Shown here one piece after another: positions 1-8,146 of a DNA stretch of 60,654 bases (positions within the stretch are counted from its first letter, which is position 1; every line of letters starts with the position of its first letter). Source of the stretch: a virus (Duplodnaviria; Caudoviricetes); the IMG/VR virus record IMGVR_UViG_3300031999_000020, positions 1 through 60,654 of that record; one strand, written 5' to 3'. The position numbers and the translations under genes are program-made. The notes under the pieces are model-generated. The model was not told where the DNA came from. It made no database searches and was given only the letters and a program-made list of their open reading frames with translations.

Positions 1-41
1 GAACGAAGTATCCATTAAAGAATTTAATTCCGAGGCCGAAG
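1..41. repeat. Terminal direct repeat, left copy (circular-assembly overlap)
   Basis: gaacgaagtatccattaaagaatttaattccgaggccgaag at 1-41 is identical to 60614-60654, and an ORF reads through the join. Confidence 0.95.
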
Positions 42-196
42 CCAATGATTTTTGCTGTTATCTGGAATCAATGGCCGATAGCTACAAAGAAAAACAAGTA
101 AAAGATTAGCCCACTTCGAACACCTTCCGAGGTGTTCGCTAGTAGGCTAAGCATTCTGCTTAGACTGCTCGTAACTTTAACTTTGGTGAGAGTTAT

Positions 197-478
197 ATGC
201 ACAAGGTTATTATCATAGGTCTACTCTGCTCCGGATGCGGAGCAATCATCACACCGAACCCAATGCAGAAAGGACACATTGCCGTAATCGCTGATGCTGA
301 GGGCATGCGCGCCTTTGGCGACACAATAACGGGCCTAGTAGCCGAGGGCAAAACCCCCGGTGAAATGAAAAGCAGTTACTTCCAGCACCGTGACTTGCGC
401 GAAGTTGAAGAAACCAAGCGCGCCGCACAACCAGGAATTCTCAGTAACCTATTTAAATCCGAGGAGGGCGTAAAATGA
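197..478 (+). CDS. Hypothetical early protein, possible lipoprotein
   Basis: 93 aa; hydrophobic N-terminus ending in CSGC (lipobox-like); ggtgagag upstream. Confidence 0.6.
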   Translation: MHKVIIIGLLCSGCGAIITPNPMQKGHIAVIADAEGMRAFGDTITGLVAEGKTPGEMKSSYFQHRDLREVEETKRAAQPGILSNLFKSEEGVK

Positions 479-570
479 AAGAAGCCGGATTCATTACATA
501 CGTACTCTATGGAACGTCGTTTGTAGGTCTACTATACCTTATATCCCAGGTAAGGGGCTTGATCTGGTAA
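475..570 (+). CDS. Small single-TM membrane peptide (31 aa; below ORF-track cut-off)
   Basis: MKEAGFITYVLYGTSFVGLLYLISQVRGLIW; strong SD gaggagg; ATGA overlap with the upstream stop. Confidence 0.65.
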   Translation: MKEAGFITYVLYGTSFVGLLYLISQVRGLIW

Positions 571-576
571 AATATC

Positions 577-605
577 ATGACAGGTCTTTAATTATGCGAT
601 AGACT
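577..605 (+). promoter_or_regulatory. Sigma70-like promoter
   Basis: atgaca-N17-tagact directly upstream of a long hairpin. Confidence 0.45.
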
Positions 606-611
606 GGTCTT

Positions 612-670
612 GCGGGACAAGCCGCTTATATGCTTCACACTGAACATTAAGCGCCTTGTCCCGCTTTTTA
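612..670 (+). terminator. Long hairpin plus U-tract (terminator/attenuator or small RNA)
   Basis: gcgggacaag...cttgtcccgc outer stem with inner pairing cgctta/taagcg, followed by ttttta. Confidence 0.6.
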
Positions 671-683
671 TTGAGAGGCCTAT

Positions 684-1196
684 ATGCGAACCACAATTAA
701 CAACATCTGTGCTGGAAGCATCCTAATCGCTCTGCTCTGCCTGCCACCGAACATGGCTCGAATACACTATAACCTATGGGATCCCAAGCTACCCAATCGC
801 AATCCCAAGCCGACCCTATCTGAAATAATTCAAACACGAGCCGCTGAACATAATTTAAATCCGAGGCTAATCCACCGTGTAATCTCCGTCGAATCCTCCG
901 GAAACCCGTCCGCCCTCTTGTTCTACCCCCGCCTGCACAAAGCGGGCCGCTCGAAACTGCTCGCCTCCAGCATCGGATTAATGCAAGTGCTCGGGCTCAC
1001 CGCGCTTGAGTCCTGCCGTGTACAGCCTGCTGCCCTATTTAATTCCAAGGTCAACGTCACCTGCGGCATCAAAATACTGGCCGACTGCATAAAACAAGCC
1101 GGCTCAATTAACCGCGGTCTTGTTTGTTATAATGGGGGGCCTGGATGCCTCAAGCATCGCTGCCCAGAGGCAGAACAGTATGCTTCGCGAGTTTGA
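684..1196 (+). CDS. Soluble lytic transglycosylase (SLT) domain protein with N-terminal hydrophobic segment
   Basis: Motifs ISVESSGNPSA (catalytic Glu), IGLMQV and YNGG. Confidence 0.85.
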   Translation: MRTTINNICAGSILIALLCLPPNMARIHYNLWDPKLPNRNPKPTLSEIIQTRAAEHNLNPRLIHRVISVESSGNPSALLFYPRLHKAGRSKLLASSIGLMQVLGLTALESCRVQPAALFNSKVNVTCGIKILADCIKQAGSINRGLVCYNGGPGCLKHRCPEAEQYASRV

Positions 1197-1373
1197 CGGC
1201 ATACGCAATCGCATCCGTTTTCGTGTCAAAATGTTTAGCATACCAGGGAAGAAACCCGTAACTACTGGTATGCTCCTTATTTTCTTCATCATATTCCACT
1301 TTTCGCACATGAATCTCAACGATATATAGCGTTTTCATATAGTTATACCTTTAATAGATGAGTAAAATACTCC

Positions 1374-1632
1374 GGTGACACCAAGGTGACCCCAAGGTGA
1401 CACCACTTTTTTCGCCGATTCGGCTGTAACCTCAGAGAGTTAGTCGATGTCGGGTGACACCAGTGACACCATTCCCCTACTTCAGGCACCTTTTATCATA
1501 TTCTCTTGTCCTCCAGAAGTGGGGAAATGGTGTCACTGGTGTCACCTTTGTGCTGGAAGCCGCATTTTTGGCTGAAAATTTGGGTGACACCACCCCTAAA
1601 AATGGTGTCACCGTGGTGTCACTGGTGTCACC
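1374..1632. repeat. Iteron-like field of GGTGACACC/GGTGTCACC 9-mers; putative replication origin
   Basis: 11 exact or single-mismatch copies in both orientations, including a long inverted repeat at 1453-1483/1516-1546; non-coding, immediately downstream of the primase-helicase. Confidence 0.7.
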
Positions 1633-1674
1633 TTTTCGGCTTCTTGTGCGCTTATATTGCAACTGAGTTCGTCC

Positions 1675-4383
1675 CTATTTTTCTGCAAACATGCTAATTT
1701 TGCTGAAATCACTGGGATCGTAGATCTGTAACTCATTACAAAGACTTGGATACTCTTGCACACAATCCACTAAATAATCATAGTTTTTTAGGATCTCTTC
1801 TCGATCCAGCTGAACTCCAGACCACCCGCGCACCTGCACAGTACTCTTACCAGGGGTCTTTCTGCGGGTGTATCGTACACTCCTCCAACTACTCATTTCA
1901 GCTTTAATATCTCGCTCTAATGTTCCGGCAGGTCGGTTAATACCTCTGTCGGAGCACGCCAGCTTTATCAAATCGCTCTGAGCCATGCTGGATACAAAAC
2001 CATCATTATCCAGTAGCTGAAATTTACGCAGTGTGCTTCCGAGTAAATCCATTTCATTTTCTACCGCCTCACGGCCGATCTCTAAAGCTCTTGAACCTTC
2101 AAGCTCAAATGGCTTAGCCAAACTATACGCCGCTTGCCAGGCCAGCGCAGCTGCGGTGGCAAGCCAATTCATCTCTCCAGACTCAAAAACCATTCGGCAT
2201 GGCGGAAGTTCTGTTGGCTTGTCTCTGAAACTATGCTCACATCCAAGCGTTATCATTCTACCGCGGATAGCGCCGCCCGTATCTTGGTAAACCGGCGCCA
2301 CATTACTCTGCAGGGTCAACTTCGCTGTTGGAATCGCGTCGAATGGATGTCCCCATTTACGCTCAATTTGCACCGGTTCGCCGCCGGTGTGTTTCTTTAT
2401 CCGGTCAAATCGGCCGGCATGGTCAACTACTGTGCCTTCCGCTTCGTCCACAAAAGCGGCCAGCTTCCAGTACATCTCTGCTTCCTGAAAGCGGCCGGCT
2501 CCGGCGCCGCTGCCGCCGAATGCTCCATAATTCTGATGCGACACATGGTGCATCCCCAGCAGTCCGCCGAGAATTGAGCATAACGATCCTTTGCCGCTTC
2601 CTGTCGGCCCCCATAGAAACATGAACTTTTGCCTGTCGAACGCTGTTGTCATGCAATATCCAAACCAGCGAAGCAGCAGTTCTTTGGTGGCCGTATCGCC
2701 TGGAAACCAATCCTCCAGGAAACGCCAGAATACAGGGCATTTTGCGCGTACCAAATCGGTAATACCTGCCCCATTTATATGCCCACCCCACTGCGGCTCA
2801 AAACGCGCGTCGATAGCATGGCTATAGCGCTTAGGCGCAAGTGAATCTGAAATCCATGCGCCCGATTTCAGATTCAGCACGCCGTTCTGGGCTGCTATTA
2901 TATCGCTGGCCTGTAATTCAACGGATCCGCTGGTTAAAAACACACCCCACATAGCTTCTGCGGCTGAGCCGAGCGCTGAATATCTCGGTGGTATCCTTAC
3001 TCGCTTTTTATATTTTCCGGAATCCACCGCGCGCATAACGATACTGGAGCATACCCTGGTAAACACACTACGCAACTGTTCCTTTGTAAGCTCTCTAGAC
3101 CTCCAAACAGAAGTCCCCCAGACGTTCTTACCCTGCACGAAAATAGCTGGCGGCGCTGTGTTAACACCTAGACTTGGGGCGCCCATGCGCCCAACCTCGG
3201 TCCACTGCTCTTTGAACCACTCGTTTATTCCGCCATAGTTTCCACTATTCAACGATTGCACAATCTTGATAATAGTTTCTTTCGGATCTCCGCTCCAAAC
3301 CAAATCCACAAGCGCGGTACTAGCATCAAGTATGTCCATAGGAATATTCGCCGATTTGCGCGCAGCCTTTTTTCGTTTTTTAATCTGAGCTGGCTTATCG
3401 CTTTCCGGCAGGAGTACACTTAACTCTTTTTGCTTCTTCTCCCTGTTCGGCGCCGCGTGATTCCAGGCACTGCGGGCAGCACTAATAACCTCACTTTCCG
3501 GCAGCGGCGCGCTGTAGCGCTGATTGATTTCAAGCCCGCGCGCTAGTGCTTCCTCATCGGAAGCAAGCAATCCAGAATAAACCTCATTGTTTAAGCATTC
3601 GTACAAATCACAGTTTCGACTGCCCTCAGCTAAGGCAGCACCGCCGTTACCACCGGCACCAAAAACCGCCGCCGAACCCCCAAGACCAGCGCCCAGCAGC
3701 CTCTCTTGCCTTATCCTAGCCTCTTCCCTTCGTCGCTGTGCCCCGCGCTCAGCTGCATCCAGTATCCAGGGCCACTCAGCCCTAATGCCGGCGTCTGTGC
3801 GCATCCTTGGAGCTTCCAGCCTTACAATCTCCGGCATAAACACCGTTCCATCTTTTAGTCTACGTCCACAGCCTGGCACCCTTATCGTATGGGCCAGCTG
3901 GTTCATATTGAGATCCCCCTGTAGCTGCTCAGCAAGGCCCATCTGGTATAGTTTCCAGGCTTCAAGTTTAATCATTGGAGCTATCCGCCAGTATAAATGA
4001 TACTTTCCTGGGCTTGACTGAACCACCATGTCCGGCTTATACTTATCCGCCGTCTCTCTGATTTCCTCTGCGGAAACCACCCTATCCAAATCAACGCAAA
4101 GACAGCGTACCCCGCGGATATTCTCGGTGCGCCGTTTATCCAAATCCGTGACGTTTAGGCATGCGTGAAGCGACCAGCCGTCCGGCGCCGAAGCGGGGGC
4201 CGCCGCTAAACGCTGCGGAAGTGCGCTGACCGTACAGCTGAAACATCCAAAGCCCGGCACCGGCCTGGCTTCGCCTTCATTTTTAAGCCACCAGGTCCAG
4301 ATTTCCTCAGCTGACGCGCCCGGACCGGCCGAAGCAGATAGGCACTTGCAGTATTCGCTGACGGTGTTAAAATCAAGTTGCAT
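1675..4383 (-). CDS. Primase-helicase: RepB/AEP-type primase, PriCT-like domain, D5/P4-type SF3 helicase
   Basis: CVDLD, QSSPGKYHLYW and RVPG primase motifs; EGSRN; Walker A GPTGSGKGS; FVDE; KKHTGGEPVQIERK; LQSN. Confidence 0.9.
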   Translation of the reverse strand: MQLDFNTVSEYCKCLSASAGPGASAEEIWTWWLKNEGEARPVPGFGCFSCTVSALPQRLAAAPASAPDGWSLHACLNVTDLDKRRTENIRGVRCLCVDLDRVVSAEEIRETADKYKPDMVVQSSPGKYHLYWRIAPMIKLEAWKLYQMGLAEQLQGDLNMNQLAHTIRVPGCGRRLKDGTVFMPEIVRLEAPRMRTDAGIRAEWPWILDAAERGAQRRREEARIRQERLLGAGLGGSAAVFGAGGNGGAALAEGSRNCDLYECLNNEVYSGLLASDEEALARGLEINQRYSAPLPESEVISAARSAWNHAAPNREKKQKELSVLLPESDKPAQIKKRKKAARKSANIPMDILDASTALVDLVWSGDPKETIIKIVQSLNSGNYGGINEWFKEQWTEVGRMGAPSLGVNTAPPAIFVQGKNVWGTSVWRSRELTKEQLRSVFTRVCSSIVMRAVDSGKYKKRVRIPPRYSALGSAAEAMWGVFLTSGSVELQASDIIAAQNGVLNLKSGAWISDSLAPKRYSHAIDARFEPQWGGHINGAGITDLVRAKCPVFWRFLEDWFPGDTATKELLLRWFGYCMTTAFDRQKFMFLWGPTGSGKGSLCSILGGLLGMHHVSHQNYGAFGGSGAGAGRFQEAEMYWKLAAFVDEAEGTVVDHAGRFDRIKKHTGGEPVQIERKWGHPFDAIPTAKLTLQSNVAPVYQDTGGAIRGRMITLGCEHSFRDKPTELPPCRMVFESGEMNWLATAAALAWQAAYSLAKPFELEGSRALEIGREAVENEMDLLGSTLRKFQLLDNDGFVSSMAQSDLIKLACSDRGINRPAGTLERDIKAEMSSWRSVRYTRRKTPGKSTVQVRGWSGVQLDREEILKNYDYLVDCVQEYPSLCNELQIYDPSDFSKISMFAEK

Positions 4384-4550
4384 GGTTAATCTCCATTGTG
4401 ATTAAAGTGGTGTAGCGCATGTATGCGGGTGCCGTGCACGAGACAACACGATAACGCCCAATTACATGCGCTTCTTTTCTGTTGCTTTGTGAATTATTCA
4501 TCGTTGTGAGGATCAAACCGACATCGACGAACCTGCAGGATACCTCATCT

Positions 4551-5504
4551 TTGAGGTGCAGCATAGAGGTAATCATCGCGGTTCTTGTTATTTTTTTGTT
4601 CGTGACCGCCATCGCGGCAATCGCATTCTTTGCATCCGGATGTGGAGAAGAATCCAAAACACCACCCGTTGTATTAGACGAGCTTAGTGCCCCCGCCGGT
4701 AGACATGTTGGTATGGGTTACTACGGAATGATGCACCCTGATTGGCCGTGCGCGAAATCGTTGCAGATCATGAAACATCAAAAGCGGCCATCCGTATCGG
4801 TTGTATGGAACATATTCGGCCGCGACCTGCGGTGTATTAAACAATTCATCGCGGACCCGCGGCATAAAGTTGTAGAAATCCAGTTAGTAAATGCCTGCTG
4901 TCAACGAAATGGTAACTGTCAAAGTTATGACCTATTACAAGGTATCTCAGTTAGTCAGGAGCATAACTTAATTAGTTCTAACAATAACAAGTTTAGAAAG
5001 GCATTACTGACACATATTAAGCCGATAATACAGCTTATACTCGATTCAGCTAATACCAACACACGGTTCATAATCAGTCCTGAACTTGAATCTAATCTAC
5101 CCTGCAGTGACGGCGAAACACTGATTAACTGGCTTAAACCGGCCTTTCTGCCCACTACACAGTTTGCCTGGTCAGCCATCCGAGGTTGTCGTCCGCCGAG
5201 TGCTGATTTTAGAGCATACCATGGTTATATACCTTACGCGCTGCAAGTGCCGTGTACCGCAAATCTTGACGGAAACGACATTGCGCTTCCGGTGGCCGGC
5301 CGACATACATCCACGTTGTTTCCACATATTGAATATAATCAACTAGATAATTATATTAACAACACGGCTAACTGCGCACTGAGTCATCTGTGGACTTATG
5401 AGATGAACGGCGGGCTATACAACTACTCAAACCCCGACCGACGCGCGCGGACTAACTGGCCGTCAGATGCGGTATTCGATGTGCTGCAGCCGTGCTTGAA
5501 ATAG
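4551..5504 (+). CDS. Hypothetical membrane-anchored protein or lipoprotein (start uncertain; TTG at 4551 chosen)
   Basis: Long ORF; hydrophobic stretch ending in FASGC (lipobox-like); function not recognised. Confidence 0.6.
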   Translation: MRCSIEVIIAVLVIFLFVTAIAAIAFFASGCGEESKTPPVVLDELSAPAGRHVGMGYYGMMHPDWPCAKSLQIMKHQKRPSVSVVWNIFGRDLRCIKQFIADPRHKVVEIQLVNACCQRNGNCQSYDLLQGISVSQEHNLISSNNNKFRKALLTHIKPIIQLILDSANTNTRFIISPELESNLPCSDGETLINWLKPAFLPTTQFAWSAIRGCRPPSADFRAYHGYIPYALQVPCTANLDGNDIALPVAGRHTSTLFPHIEYNQLDNYINNTANCALSHLWTYEMNGGLYNYSNPDRRARTNWPSDAVFDVLQPCLK

Positions 5505-5538
5505 TACTAAATAATATCAAATAACATCAAAATACGTA

Positions 5539-5569
5539 TTGACTCATTTTGCATATAGATGCATATAAT
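5539..5569 (+). promoter_or_regulatory. Sigma70-like promoter, possibly driving a leaderless mRNA
   Basis: TTGACT-N19-TATAAT (long spacer); the -10 box ends 5 nt before the ATG at 5575. Confidence 0.5.
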
Positions 5570-5574
5570 GCAGG

Positions 5575-5748
5575 ATGAAATACACACTAATCATATTAAT
5601 CATTCTCGCCTCTACACTACTGTTTGCACCTAAAGCTTATTGCTGGAACTGTGTTCCGCGCAAATGTTACAATGACTTCGCATGCGGACTCTCATGCTGG
5701 TGTTACATCGGCGACTACGAACTCACGGGGGTCTGCGTTGCAGAGTAG
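5575..5748 (+). CDS. Secreted 6-Cys knottin-like peptide (57 aa; not in ORF track)
   Basis: MKYTLIILIILASTLLFAPKAYC-WNCVPRKCYNDFACGLSCWCYIGDYELTGVCVAE: signal peptide followed by C-x4-C-x5-C-x3-C-x-C-x10-C. Confidence 0.7.
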   Translation: MKYTLIILIILASTLLFAPKAYCWNCVPRKCYNDFACGLSCWCYIGDYELTGVCVAE

Positions 5749-5767
5749 CGGCGATCTGCCCACACTC

Positions 5768-7075
5768 ATGCCGTTTCAGAAGACGGCCGTTGCGCGCATT
5801 ATGCATATGCTGCAGTCAAATCCAGCACGCGCCTGCTATAACGCGTGTGAGCAGGGGCTCGGAAAATCTATCATGAGTATCGCCGTCGCAAACGAACTCC
5901 GCGCGCAAAGCATCCTCGTTGTAGGTCCATCGGTAATGCGGATGACGTGGGAAGACGAAGTATATAAGTGGTCGCAGCTGACTTCCACATGCTTCGTGCA
6001 GCTCACTGCACAACGTATTGAACAAGTAAACTTAACAGCGGGCGGATGGGTAATCACGTCATATGCCCTGGCGTCTGAACTCAAAGTACTCAACGCGCTG
6101 TGCAGCCGGCAATGGGACTTGCTGATACTCGACGAAGCGCATGCGTGCAAGAACAAGCGATCTCGCCGCACACGCGCATGCTTAATCGACCTTTGGAAGC
6201 ATTCTACCTACCGGTTGCTGCTCTCCGGTACGCCATGCACGACCTCAATCATTGACCTCTATACCGCAGCCCGGAAGTGCGCGCCGGAACATTTTAAAGA
6301 CTTCGATGCTTTCGCCGACCGCTATACATATAAACGTATTACTCCGTGGGGCTGTAAATACTTTGGACTCAAGAACGGCGAAGAACTCAAAGCAAAAATA
6401 CGGAAGCACTTCTTTATCAGGTACACTAAAGCTGAAGTTCTGCCGGAGCTTCCGCCTAAGACTTTTCAGCAGATAACACTTCCAGCATCCTTGGCGGTTA
6501 TACCCAAGACCAAAGACGAAGCCCAGAAGCTCGAAGACGACATAACCGCAATATCTATGGTAATTGCACTTGGTGAAACACCACACATCCCAAAAACTTT
6601 AGCCGAACATAGGAGACTTCAAGGTGAAAGAAAGATTCCGGCTGTGGTGGAATTCTGTGAGAACCTCCTTGAGCAAGAAATTCCGATTGTTGTGTTTGGC
6701 TGGCATAGAAAGTTTATTGCCGATTTGTGTGAAAGCCTCCAAAAGTACTCACCAGCAATTATTACAGGCGATGTCCCGCCTAAGCAACGTCATGAGGCCG
6801 TCGCACGATTCCAAGACGGACAAACTCTACTTTTCTTGGCTAACCTTGCTGCGGGTGGTGTTGGCATTACTCTTACACGCGCAAGCATATGTGTTCTGGG
6901 AGAATTGGACTGGGCACCTTCTACGGTGGCACAGTCGACTGACCGACTCCACAGAATAGGGACTAAGAATCCGGTCACAATATACTACTTCGTAGTCAAA
7001 GATTCTCTTGACGAAGTAATTGCAAATGTTGTAATTGGTAGAGCGAAAACAATTAGTAAAGTTGTGGATAACTAA
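5768..7075 (+). CDS. SNF2-family helicase/translocase (start at 5738 TTG or 5768 ATG)
   Basis: EQGLGKS, LILDEAH, LLSGTP, GVGITLT and QSTDRLHRIG motifs. Confidence 0.92.
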   Translation: MPFQKTAVARIMHMLQSNPARACYNACEQGLGKSIMSIAVANELRAQSILVVGPSVMRMTWEDEVYKWSQLTSTCFVQLTAQRIEQVNLTAGGWVITSYALASELKVLNALCSRQWDLLILDEAHACKNKRSRRTRACLIDLWKHSTYRLLLSGTPCTTSIIDLYTAARKCAPEHFKDFDAFADRYTYKRITPWGCKYFGLKNGEELKAKIRKHFFIRYTKAEVLPELPPKTFQQITLPASLAVIPKTKDEAQKLEDDITAISMVIALGETPHIPKTLAEHRRLQGERKIPAVVEFCENLLEQEIPIVVFGWHRKFIADLCESLQKYSPAIITGDVPPKQRHEAVARFQDGQTLLFLANLAAGGVGITLTRASICVLGELDWAPSTVAQSTDRLHRIGTKNPVTIYYFVVKDSLDEVIANVVIGRAKTISKVVDN

Positions 7076-7317
7076 TGGAACGAAATCTTGCAAAAGAAAT
7101 GTACCAAGCACACCTGCAAATTATGGCTGATCCCGCATATGTTAACGTGCGAAAGCATGACTGGCTATCCGGCTTTGAATCGGCGATGACAGTCGTTAGA
7201 GCATTTGCTGATAGTTGCTCACAAGAAGCTGAGTATGAAACAGGCGAATCTGCATATTGGAATGTTATGGCGTTTTGCCGATGGAATGATATTGTTAACA
7301 AAGTTGTGGATAACTAA
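7058..7317 (+). repeat. 18-bp direct repeat aaagttgtggataactaa (7058-7075 and 7300-7317), each containing a DnaA-box match
   Basis: Identical 18-mers end two consecutive genes (both end KVVDN*); tgtggataa is the reverse complement of TTATCCACA. Confidence 0.85.
7075..7317 (+). CDS. Hypothetical protein
   Basis: 80 aa ORF with TAATG coupling to the helicase stop. Confidence 0.65.
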   Translation: MERNLAKEMYQAHLQIMADPAYVNVRKHDWLSGFESAMTVVRAFADSCSQEAEYETGESAYWNVMAFCRWNDIVNKVVDN

Positions 7318-7330
7318 CAAGGAACATACT

Positions 7331-7645
7331 ATGAAAGAAAAAGACATTCAAGAAACCGACTCAGGGCTATATCTTATGGATGGCGACATAGACCCGGATA
7401 TATACCCAACTCCGGACGCACCGGACGCATTTGTGAACAAACCTGCGTGTGCTATTCGACCTGAGTTCAAATCTAACGCGCCAACGACTGACCAGATTGA
7501 TCGAATCAACACATTGCGGGCAGCGTATTCAAACTTAAGAGATATACTCGGATACTCCTGCAAGTCCGGAGTATATACGTCACTCGCATGCACAGCGCTT
7601 GAAGAGTCTTGTATGTGGGCCACGAAGGGTATTACTTTAGACTAG
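7331..7645 (+). CDS. Acb2/Tad1-like helical-hairpin protein (putative immune-signal sponge)
   Basis: C-terminal PTTDQIDRINTLR...SLACTALEESCMWATKGI resembles the recalled SLAxTxLEExxMWAxxxI family pattern; SD aaggaa. Confidence 0.6.
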   Translation: MKEKDIQETDSGLYLMDGDIDPDIYPTPDAPDAFVNKPACAIRPEFKSNAPTTDQIDRINTLRAAYSNLRDILGYSCKSGVYTSLACTALEESCMWATKGITLD

Positions 7646-7679
7646 TTTTAAGTTCTTTTAAAGAAAGGAGAACACACAC

Positions 7680-8096
7680 ATGAAAAAAGACACACTCTCG
7701 CTGCGCGAAGCGGCGAAACTGATGCAGTTCGCTCCGGCAACTGTGAAGCGTATGATAAAGAAGGGTACACTTAAAGCAACCTCAACCGGCGCCGGCAGAA
7801 AGCGCAGGTATATGATTGCGGCCAAAGACATAGGGTTGAAACCTAACAAGCCGTGCAAAGCAGTCAAACCGGTTAAAATTGTTAAAACGTACATTAAACA
7901 AGGACTGGACACTGCGGCTGCAGCCTGCCTCAAAGAAGCCGGCGAGTCGGTGCTGGCACAAACCCGGACGCCGGTTGGAACGAAGCTTCAGCACTTTATC
8001 TCAGAGCCTTTCGCGCCCGGACAGTATTCGTCTGCTGAGCAGATGCTGCGTCAGGCTTTCTGCGGCTGGGTAATTGAAAAAGTGCTCTCGGCCTGA
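7680..8096 (+). CDS. Excisionase/MerR-type HTH DNA-binding protein
   Basis: LSLREAAKLMQFAPATVKRMIKKGTLKA; SD aggag. Confidence 0.8.
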   Translation: MKKDTLSLREAAKLMQFAPATVKRMIKKGTLKATSTGAGRKRRYMIAAKDIGLKPNKPCKAVKPVKIVKTYIKQGLDTAAAACLKEAGESVLAQTRTPVGTKLQHFISEPFAPGQYSSAEQMLRQAFCGWVIEKVLSA

Positions 8097-8146
8097 AAAA
8101 ACATCTTGACACTTGCTATCAATATGATACAAATACTAAGGACAAC

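Noticed and set aside
1-41. Biological terminal repeat or att site
   Set aside because: The exact 41-bp overlap falls inside an ORF, as expected of an assembler k-mer overlap; there is no integrase.
1374-1632. CRISPR array, or the short VTP-rich ORFs in the track
   Set aside because: The repeats are 9 bp, in both orientations and irregularly spaced. The ORFs are by-products of the repeats.
5624-5767. N-terminal extension of the SNF2 helicase shown in the ORF track
   Set aside because: The region is better explained by the signal-peptide/6-Cys ORF at 5575-5748 in another frame; helicase-like sequence starts near LMPFQ.
7680-8096. Evidence of a temperate lifestyle from the excisionase-like HTH
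   Set aside because: No integrase, CI-type repressor with peptidase domain, or partition genes were found; such HTH domains are common on their own.
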